A stretch of DNA of 64,000 nt from a virus. Position 1 is the stretch's first letter. Each line of letters opens with the position of its first letter. Location of the stretch: IMG/VR virus record IMGVR_UViG_3300045988_077625, positions 1 to 64,000 of that record; one strand, given 5' to 3'. This document shows positions 53,398 to 60,505 of the stretch, piece after piece. The notes beneath the pieces were generated by a model that saw only the letters and a program-made list of their open reading frames with translations, was not told where the DNA came from and did no database searches. The position numbers and the translations under genes are program-made.

Positions 53398-53581
53398 TGT
53401 GATATTCCTTTCACTTTAATTTCAATTTAATTTGACAAGTCGCAATGTTCATGTGCATATTGACTTGATAGATTGTATGGGTATTATCTAATGTACACTC
53501 AATAATACCCATAGATGATTCCTATTTCTGCTCATTCGTCAACAAGCTTCGTCGCCCGTAGCAATCATCAAGCATAGGCAC

Positions 53582-53665
53582 TGGTGCGGGATAGGGAAGT
53601 CGAATCCCTACGCCTTACGGCAACAGATTTTGAGTCTGCCGTGGCTGCCATTACACCAATCCCGC
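53582..53665 (-). tRNA. tRNA-Leu (anticodon CAA), CCA encoded
   Basis: Hand-folded cloverleaf. Acceptor GCGGGAT/ATCCCGC. Anticodon loop CUCAAAA. Long variable arm GCC-GUAA-GGC. T-arm AGGGA-UUCGACU-UCCCU. Discriminator A73, then CCA. Confidence 0.75.
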
Positions 53666-54064
53666 ATATATTATCTCAAGCCGACTTCCTACCCCATAGC
53701 TATTTCTAGCATCGGCTCGTGAATGATGTTGTCAATCCCAATCCCTTTCATTATGCCGAACAGATTGACTGGTGCGCCCTACTTGGCATTAGGCAATTAC
53801 GCCATTTATGCTTATCTCATTTGTCTTACGCACGTTCCCCAATATGCTTGAATGCTACCCAATACTAGATGTTCACTTTCAGCCGTTGGGACTCTCACAT
53901 TCAAGACTGTATCTGGCGTAATAATATAATGATGGCTGTTCATCAAACTCCATTTAACTACTGCTTCTGAAGGCATCACTTAGCTTAGACAATCAAACTA
54001 AGCTTAAACGAGAGTATTCAAACCGTGTAATCATATTACACTTCGTAGCACCATCATCTTTGCA
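53666..54064 (-). ncRNA. candidate structured RNA co-transcribed with tRNA-Leu (unclassified)
   Basis: About 400 nt with no ORF between a consensus promoter and the tRNA. Several stems are visible: 54025-54041 (7 bp), 53982-54004 (7 bp), and 53679-53717 enclosing GCUA-GAAA-UAGC. Confidence 0.35.
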
Positions 54065-54070
54065 TTTTCA

Positions 54071-54099
54071 ATTATACCATACTTGATTTCATTTGTCAA
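54071..54099 (-). promoter_or_regulatory. sigma-A type promoter
   Basis: TTGACA-17 nt-TATAAT with TGg. Confidence 0.7.
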
Positions 54100-54258
54100 G
54101 GATTATTTTTTCAATCAGCATACCAACAGAAACACCAGCCGCAAATAAACCTAAACACATAAACACAATATCCATTAGTTACTTCCTCTAAAATTAATCA
54201 TAAATAATCAATAAATTTTCCTAAACCGTTTACCCTACAACTTATACTACTTAATCAA

Positions 54259-54498
54259 CTAATCTGAAAATTCTTCATTATTAGTCAATGATTTCTTTAC
54301 CAGGCGAGCTAATTTGAGCCGTTCAGCCGCAGCTTGCTTTTGTTCTTCGGTCATTGAGCGGGTACGACCTGATTTGCCAAATCTCAAGTCGTAAAGCGGG
54401 CAAGACTTGATTGGACAATGCTTTACTTCATTCGTTGAATCTCCCGAACACTGCAAGCAATATTGTCGTATTCGTTTTAGCGGCGATGTTGAATCCAT
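54259..54498 (-). CDS. small zinc-finger protein with basic tail
   Basis: Has CLQCSGD..EVKHCPIKSCPLYDLRFGK. 79 aa. Confidence 0.45.
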   Translation of the reverse strand: MDSTSPLKRIRQYCLQCSGDSTNEVKHCPIKSCPLYDLRFGKSGRTRSMTEEQKQAAAERLKLARLVKKSLTNNEEFSD

Positions 54499-54527
54499 AG
54501 TAAATGCTCCTTTTATTTTATTTTATC

Positions 54528-54603
54528 TGGTCGAGGGTAAGTGATTTGAACACTTGTAGCACGATTATAAGTCATGTGGACTAGACCGCTGTCCGAACCC
54601 TCG
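54528..54603 (-). tRNA. tRNA-Ile (anticodon UAU), CCA encoded
   Basis: Hand-folded 76-nt cloverleaf. Acceptor CGAGGGU/ACCCUCG. D-arm GGAC/GUCC. Anticodon stem CAUGA/UCGUG with loop CUUAUAA. T-arm AAGUG-UUCAAAU-CACUU. Confidence 0.7.
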
Positions 54604-54702
54604 ATACTGTGAGCCTTTTATCGTCATGCTCAGGACTATATTCTAGGAGGTTCACAATGAAGAACTGTAATTGAGATTACCCAATCTCTCAACCACATCT
54701 GT

Positions 54703-54731
54703 ATTATATCATAAGAAATACTGTTTGTCAA
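54703..54731 (-). promoter_or_regulatory. sigma-A type promoter
   Basis: TTGACA-17 nt-TATAAT with TGa. Confidence 0.7.
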
Positions 54732-54883
54732 GAACAAATTTTATTCATTTCAATAAAATTTTCACAAGCCCAACCATTGAGGACGGGGATTTCATCACAG
54801 CTATATCCCCACAATCCAGTTTCACGGTTATAGCAATCTACATGGCAAATGAAATCGCCAATTTTGAAACAGGTATCAAGCAT
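54725..54883 (-). CDS. small Cys-rich hypothetical protein (52 aa)
   Basis: GGAGA RBS then ATG 54883. Below the track cutoff. Confidence 0.3.
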
Positions 54884-54913
54884 AATCATTATCTCCATTT
54901 ATTTGATAGTTGG

Positions 54914-54942
54914 ATTATACCATATAAAATTTTATTTGTCAA
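54914..54942 (-). promoter_or_regulatory. sigma-A type promoter
   Basis: TTGACA-17 nt-TATAAT with TGg. Confidence 0.7.
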
Positions 54943-55352
54943 GCATCTTTTTCAAATTTATTTTTAATATCCGTCCATCTTTTTATCTGGTCATCTACAC
55001 GCACCCATTCACCATAATGTATATCTGGGTCAAAATACCATAGTCCATAATAGTTTGGATTTTTCTCATCTTCAATAGAGCGAAATGGATTTCCATAGCC
55101 TTGATACTTAAATAAATCTTTAATAAATGTCACATCGCTATCATTTCCAACTATAAACGCCGCCATATAACCAACATCAAATCTGTTAATATAGATAAGC
55201 TCAGCACCATCTTTTCCATAAAACCCCAACGTACTATTATTCTGTTTCTTTACATTATTGTACCGGCACTGAAATTCATGAAGATGTGCCTCATACTCAT
55301 CATCAAATTCTGCGCCGCAATATTCACATTTGTAAATCGTTGTTTCAATCAT
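54939..55352 (-). CDS. hypothetical protein with N-terminal zinc ribbon
   Basis: CEYCGAEF..HLHEFQC. 137 aa. Confidence 0.4.
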   Translation of the reverse strand: MIETTIYKCEYCGAEFDDEYEAHLHEFQCRYNNVKKQNNSTLGFYGKDGAELIYINRFDVGYMAAFIVGNDSDVTFIKDLFKYQGYGNPFRSIEDEKNPNYYGLWYFDPDIHYGEWVRVDDQIKRWTDIKNKFEKDA

Positions 55353-55933
55353 TCAAACAGCTCCTCCATTTCTCTAACATGATATTGTCTATTTTTCAAA
55401 TCGTCCACCCTAGTTCTAGCCAATTCCCAATTTGAACCAGCAAAGCCGCTTTTCATCACATCAGCTATAATCTGCTCGTCTTTATATTTGCGCCGTTCGA
55501 GCCGTAAATCATGTAGCAGCTTATATATCTTATACCCATCTCTAGCATTGTATGAATTGAACTCAATAGCATGAAGCACATCTTGAATTTTATTCTCTAC
55601 TTCTTGCAGCTTATATTTAACCCATGTCACCCTTGCTACAAGCTGGTCATGCAGGTCACAGAATGAGCCAATTTGTTCCAATGCTGAATCGTAATTCGCT
55701 AATTCCGAATTGTCAAATCCGTTAAAATCGACGGTTTTAGATGGTACATCAATCTGCTGTACAAAATATCCAAGATTGCGCATTTGCTTTGGCAGATTGG
55801 CAAGCGCATTATCAGCTTTGGTCTTATCATTGAATTGAAATGATTCAACTAATTCAGATGTTGGAATCCATTGTCCAATAGTATTGTGCATGAGATAGTA
55901 TTTTTGATTATATAGTACATACATTATCATCAC
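55349..55933 (-). CDS. hypothetical protein
   Basis: 194-aa ORF. The start may be ATG 55924, given the position of AGGTG. Confidence 0.4.
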   Translation of the reverse strand: MMIMYVLYNQKYYLMHNTIGQWIPTSELVESFQFNDKTKADNALANLPKQMRNLGYFVQQIDVPSKTVDFNGFDNSELANYDSALEQIGSFCDLHDQLVARVTWVKYKLQEVENKIQDVLHAIEFNSYNARDGYKIYKLLHDLRLERRKYKDEQIIADVMKSGFAGSNWELARTRVDDLKNRQYHVREMEELFE

Positions 55934-56263
55934 CTATGGTTCAATTATACCATACTCATTTACATTTGTCAATAGGATATTTGCCCATTCTGCATTTTCA
56001 TCTTCGTCGGCATAGAAAAATTTATGACCACCAATCGTCATCGCATAATTCTGCGATTCATGCCATGGGCTATCGCACAAAGATGGTGCATAGAAAAACA
56101 AAATCGGCTTTTCTGTCACGAATTGCCCCATATCGAAAATGTCATGTATGGCATCCATAACCTCAATATACATTTTTCTATTTTGTTTATCTAAATCTGG
56201 ATTCCAACCGTCGTATTGATACACCTCTTTAACTTCACGAGCCGTTAAGCCATCTTTAATCAT
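55934..56263 (-). CDS. hypothetical protein
   Basis: 109-aa ORF, first gene after the AT-rich repeat field. Confidence 0.4.
   Translation of the reverse strand: MIKDGLTAREVKEVYQYDGWNPDLDKQNRKMYIEVMDAIHDIFDMGQFVTEKPILFFYAPSLCDSPWHESQNYAMTIGGHKFFYADEDENAEWANILLTNVNEYGIIEP
55944..55972 (-). promoter_or_regulatory. sigma-A type promoter (inside the 3' end of ORF 55934-56263)
   Basis: TTGACA-17 nt-TATAAT with TGg. Confidence 0.6.
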
Positions 56264-56339
56264 TACACTAATGTAAATATCGATTCCGATTTTAGAATTT
56301 CATTTTCCACATATACTTACAATCTCGCAAATCAATTTT

Positions 56340-56760
56340 CGTTTTGTGGCTCGTGCATATATAAATATCCATATACATATCCAATAATAAGAATTATTAT
56401 CATTTTTATATCCATCTGCATATACATTTACATATTCATATGTAAATGTATCTACATCATCATGCACATAAATGATGCAGATAGATTGATCGATAAATAG
56501 ATTGACACATCTATAGATACATATATACTAATATTACATATTATATTAGCATCAAAGTCAATATGTCTATATATCCATCAGTACATTTATTCACACATTC
56601 ACATTTTTCATATGAATATATGTGAACATTCACACATTTTTCCAACGAGTTTATGTATTGATTTGCTACTTTTCTATATAGATATATACTATTAGCATCA
56701 ATCTATTGCATACACACATTATCTTGTATAGATATAATGCTTGGTTGTCAATTATGACAT
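56340..56760. repeat. AT-rich iteron and palindrome field (possible origin or recombinase/regulator binding arms)
   Basis: ATATCCAT x3 (56365, 56408, 56571). ATAGATTGA x2 (56481, 56497). CATTCACA x2 (56596, 56627). A 14-bp-arm palindrome at 56422-56451. A 7-bp inverted repeat at 56598-56626. Confidence 0.45.
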
Positions 56761-57188
56761 GATCACCACAATTAGCCGTGTCGCATCACCTGCGCCTTAC
56801 TATGCCGATTTTAGAGCAATGGCATATACCTACTATCATCGGCGCAAAAAGCCCGCTATGAGCAACACAGATACCGTCACGTCCACGCGATTATTATGCA
56901 CACACTATATTGCCCGAGAAAACAATCGTCGCTTAACACGGACACGCAGACACGAAAAATAGGCGTTGATTTGAGCCGCCGCGATATTATATATAGTATA
57001 TATGGCGGGTAAAATTGTAAGAATCTTAACACGCACACGCAAGAATACGACGCTGTCAATTTTGACATCAAATTGGGCATATGGAACAGATGTTCGATAT
57101 ACAGTTAGCATATGCTAACCTATTTACTTTACTTGGGTAAAGTTTTTCAAAAAGTTGGAAATTGTGCAGATTGTACAATTTGGCTAAA

Positions 57189-57378
57189 ATGATATCCGGC
57201 AACGAAGCCCTCCGGCAGCTGGCCAAAAACTGGAACCCGACCCGGAGAAAAAACCCTTCGCCATCGTCATGCCGCCCCCCCCAACGTCACCGGCCAGCTG
57301 CACATGGTCCACGCCCTGGACGCCACCCTGCAGGATATTCTCACCCGCTTCGAGCGGATGCAGTGCTATGATCCGCTC
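57189..57378 (+). pseudogene. valS: valyl-tRNA synthetase 5' fragment (frameshifted, internally deleted)
   Basis: Across three frames: M..LAKNWNP (frame a), [10 protein letters not shown] (frame b), [32 protein letters not shown] (frame c). This is the class I HIGH-region signature PPPNVTG.LHMGHAL..TLQD...R..RMQG. The frame changes fall at an A6 run and a C8 run. Confidence 0.6.
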
Positions 57379-57539
57379 AATCAGAAGCGCCAAATCTCTG
57401 GCCGTCTGCGGGAGACGTGTGGGGCTGTTTGGTGGGATCTACTCTTTTTATCCTGCCGAAAAAATAATGCCCCACTGAGACGGCATACAAGCCCCTACAA
57501 GGCGCGAACTATACCGGGACTATAGATATATAGGCAAGC

Positions 57540-57572
57540 AAAAAAACCCGCCAGCAGACCGCCAGCGGGTTT
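57540..57572 (-). terminator. rho-independent terminator
   Basis: Minus strand: AACCCGC-13 nt-GCGGGTT followed by TTTTT, directly after ORF 57591. Confidence 0.75.
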
Positions 57573-57590
57573 ATAAATCATGACTCTTTT

Positions 57591-57779
57591 TTAAATTTCC
57601 ATCTGCGCAAAGTTCGACATCTCGGCAGTTATGCAAGCTGGAGTGCTGGCGTATTTTTCCATCCACTTGTCAAAACTATATTCGAGATAATTTTCCAGAT
57701 TTTGTAAATTTTCTGGCTTGCTTGCAAGCTCGCGGATCGCATCGCAAAATTGAGCAGCTTCAAAAGTATATTTTGGCAT
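57591..57779 (-). CDS. hypothetical protein
   Basis: AAAGGGGA RBS then ATG 57779. Confidence 0.4.
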   Translation of the reverse strand: MPKYTFEAAQFCDAIRELASKPENLQNLENYLEYSFDKWMEKYASTPACITAEMSNFAQMEI

Positions 57780-57807
57780 GATGATTTCCCCTTTCAAAAT
57801 TTACATA

Positions 57808-57957
57808 TCAAAACAGTTTGATATATTTCATTGACACAATAACATATTGTAAGGATAGCACATCAAACACGCGCGTTTCTTCCACACCGTATCCAGACGG
57901 ACAGACATTGTAAAATTCTTCCACCTGTTTTTCAGTCATTGCGTTTACTTTTTTCAT
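57808..57957 (-). CDS. small hypothetical protein (49 aa)
   Basis: GGAAGGAG RBS then ATG 57957. Below the track cutoff. Confidence 0.35.
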   Translation of the reverse strand: MKKVNAMTEKQVEEFYNVCPSGYGVEETRVFDVLSLQYVIVSMKYIKLF

Positions 57958-58065
57958 GATAATTTTACTCCTTCCTATTCTCACGCCTTCAGCGCCTCAC
58001 TACGGGCTTTTCAGCGCGGCGGTATATGTTTACTTGTCTCGTGTGTTTATGGCGTGGTGGGCTTG

Positions 58066-58248
58066 TCAAGCGGTCTCACCCGGCCAGATCTCGCTATTTA
58101 CATCATACCATGAGATGAATACGTCGTTTATATCTTCCGTCCCAAAATAACGCGCGGGCGTTGTCTCTGTACCGTCTGGCATGATGACAGATTTATTACT
58201 ATATTTTCCCCAGCTATCCGCCATTGCTTCCCGCTCTGTTTTATACAT
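58066..58248 (-). CDS. hypothetical protein
   Basis: 60-aa ORF. Confidence 0.3.
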   Translation of the reverse strand: MYKTEREAMADSWGKYSNKSVIMPDGTETTPARYFGTEDINDVFISWYDVNSEIWPGETA

Positions 58249-58396
58249 ACGGTTTACAATGGCGGACTTATTGTATATATGTCCAATTGTCCGACATCAC
58301 ACGCGGTGATCCGTGCTTTTCTTCGTCATACGCGCAAATATAGCGCTGTCTGTTTTCGTATTTTACATAAAATAACATGATAAAATCCTCCCTTTA

Positions 58397-58513
58397 ATTT
58401 ACAATTTTTTCCAACAAATACGGGATCCAGAAAAAACTGGAAATTGCTACAATGCAGAGTAAATATTGCAAAATCCAATAAATTGGATTCAAGCGGCGTT
58501 TTGATTTTTTCAT
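58397..58513 (-). CDS. small membrane peptide (38 aa)
   Basis: GGAGG RBS then ATG 58513. Basic N-terminus followed by a hydrophobic helix. Confidence 0.3.
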
Positions 58514-58516
58514 AGT

Positions 58517-58798
58517 TTACGCCTCCACTTTGTATTCTTCAAACGGAAAACGCGCCCCAAAGAACCAATATGTTTTATTTTTGGGGATTTCTCTTTCAAT
58601 AAAATATTCCAAAAATTTCTTTTTCAGTGTTGGCGCGTATTCGATTTCAGCGCCGCGATTCATGTTGTTTCTATTTACCCAACGCCTGCCATATTTTTCC
58701 ATTTCTTTTTCAGTAAACAGTTCGCCGCCAACAAAAATATTCCGGTTTTTGTCAAGTTTTTTGTTGTCGGCTTCGCGCTTTACTTGATAAAATTTCAT
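58517..58798 (-). CDS. hypothetical protein
   Basis: 93-aa ORF. Confidence 0.4.
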   Translation of the reverse strand: MKFYQVKREADNKKLDKNRNIFVGGELFTEKEMEKYGRRWVNRNNMNRGAEIEYAPTLKKKFLEYFIEREIPKNKTYWFFGARFPFEEYKVEA

Positions 58799-58873
58799 TG
58801 TAAATACCCCCTTAAAATGTTCATGGAATAGGGCTTTTTGAACGGAAACCCTTTAGAAACCGCGCGGAAATGT

Positions 58874-59122
58874 TTAGTTTTTTTCTCCGTCCTGCTCCTT
58901 CATGATATCTTCAAAAGAATTATATCCTAACCACTCCGCTATCGTATCTTCTTCAAACCAGAAGAAATCATTGATTGCGGTTTCGTCCATTCCTTCCGGA
59001 TTGCATTCTTCAAGAATAGATTCAATCTGATCAAGTTCGCACGGAGTCAGATATTTCACAGTGTCTCTTGCTCCGCTCCAAAATTCAAAATCACGCAAGC
59101 TTTTTTCAGTGTAAATTTTCAT
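58874..59122 (-). CDS. hypothetical acidic protein
   Basis: 82-aa ORF. Confidence 0.4.
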   Translation of the reverse strand: MKIYTEKSLRDFEFWSGARDTVKYLTPCELDQIESILEECNPEGMDETAINDFFWFEEDTIAEWLGYNSFEDIMKEQDGEKN

Positions 59123-59183
59123 TTTGTTTCCTCCTGTTTTATTTATTTTTTATAGCTTGGCGGGATTGCTCCCGCCTTGCCAT

Positions 59184-59318
59184 TTACTTGTGTTCGTCCA
59201 CCCATTCGCGCGCGGCTTTTTCTGTTTCTACCTCTGTTAAAATTTTGCCGCTTGCGTCTCGGATATAATAGACGCTTTCAGACTCCTGAATCAGAAATCC
59301 TTTATACTGTTCTTGCAA
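59184..59318 (-). CDS. small hypothetical ORF (44 aa)
   Basis: GGGAGG followed by 8 nt and TTG 59318. Confidence 0.25.
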   Translation of the reverse strand: MQEQYKGFLIQESESVYYIRDASGKILTEVETEKAAREWVDEHK

Positions 59319-59735
59319 GCTGTTCACCTCCCTTGCATGGTTATATAATAGCGCAGAACGCCGGAAAAGTCAACCCGTTCATCATAAAAATATTGCACAA
59401 ATAAACGTGGCTGATTTTATGCAGATTGACAAAATGGATATTATATATATTATAGTATATAATAGCTGGACAACACAATGCCGCTGTGAGGCGCTTAGAG
59501 CCGTTTTAAGCGGTTTTTAGGTCGAGCCGTGTTTTTATATGCCCGGCTTTTTTATTCCGTTATACGTATTCTATACAGTTTGATTATTCACTGTTTTGAT
59601 GGCAAATAGATATGTTATGCGCTTGAAAAGTTAGAATATTCTAGATAGCGCTAGTTATTGTATAGTTATACTGTGTATATGCGGCATGAATATGAATATT
59701 TATAATATCAATTATGATTCCCATTTTATAATCGG

Positions 59736-59753
59736 TATATATATATATATATA
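59736..59753. repeat. (TA)9 microsatellite
   Basis: A direct read of TATATATATATATATATA. Confidence 0.9.
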
Positions 59754-60394
59754 GATAAGATTGTATCGAGTATAATAGTTACAATATAGTTACAATGTGT
59801 AACAGGATCATGTCAATATTGTACGGCATATTATATTTTATAATTGTAAATTTTTAAAGTTGATTATAAAATCCTATTATATTATATAGGCAGGTATAGT
59901 ATGGATGATATGCGAACATTTGTTCTGTTAGTAGTTGTTATGATGGATGAGGTTGTAGTTAGTGGGAGGGTTGACAAGTGTTATACAAAAAGCGCATAAC
60001 GCCTAATATGTAGCATACTACCTATTTTTTGCTAGTAAAATTATGGGGTAAAAAATGGGTCATCTTGGTAATTCTCCAAAACAGCCCCCCCGGTAAAGCA
60101 AGGATCATCCCTATTTTAAGATAGATCGGTGGAAAAGTGCTATTTTCAGGTGTTTTTGTAGTTTAGCGTATTAAAACCTACCTGGGGGCTAGGTTATGGA
60201 TTAGCAAAGGCTAACCGGTGAGATTTCGGTTGTAGCACATCAAACCACATACCATGTAATACATCACATATTCAAAAACTACCACATCGCTTATAAATCA
60301 CATCATTATCAAACAACAACTGAATAATTTACAATTTATTAACAAATAGATGACTAGAATATGATATAATTACAATGTAATTTAGATAAATTTA

Positions 60395-60485
60395 ATTTTT
60401 GTCTAAATCGTGATACTAATATAATACGCTAGTATTATCATAGTGTCATCACTTAGACAAAAATTTTTTTTATTTAGACAAAAAT
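60395..60485 (+). promoter_or_regulatory. operator-like 12-13 bp repeats flanking a -10 element upstream of ORF 60506
   Basis: ATTTTTGTCTAAA (60395-60407) has reverse-complement copies TTAGACAAAAAT (60453-60464) and TTTAGACAAAAAT (60473-60485). TATAAT lies at 60420-60425. Confidence 0.45.
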
Positions 60486-60505
60486 GTAAAAGGGGTTTAT
60501 TTTAT

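Noticed and set aside
53781-53850. tRNA-like 3' end (..AGGGCGCACCA on the minus strand) suggesting a third tRNA.
   Set aside because: Only a 6-bp closing helix can be drawn. There are no D, anticodon or T arms and the length is wrong. It is treated as part of the candidate structured RNA.
56340-56760. Repeats that might be a CRISPR array.
   Set aside because: The repeats are 8-9 bp, irregularly spaced and of several different kinds. There is no repeat-spacer periodicity and there are no cas genes.
56741-57111. ORFs 56741-56962 (+), 56877-57080 (-) and 56905-57111 (-).
   Set aside because: They are mutually overlapping, have no RBS, and lie within the repeat-rich intergenic field. They are unlikely to be coding.
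57162-57525. Four overlapping 69-73 aa ORFs on both strands in the GC-rich segment.
   Set aside because: High GC keeps all frames open. The only recognisable signal is the frameshifted valS fragment, so these are not independent genes.
58064-58069. A TTGACAAG word (also at about 58750) resembling the promoter -35 motif.
   Set aside because: There is no acceptable -10 hexamer at 16-18 nt, and both copies lie inside ORFs of the GC-richer island.
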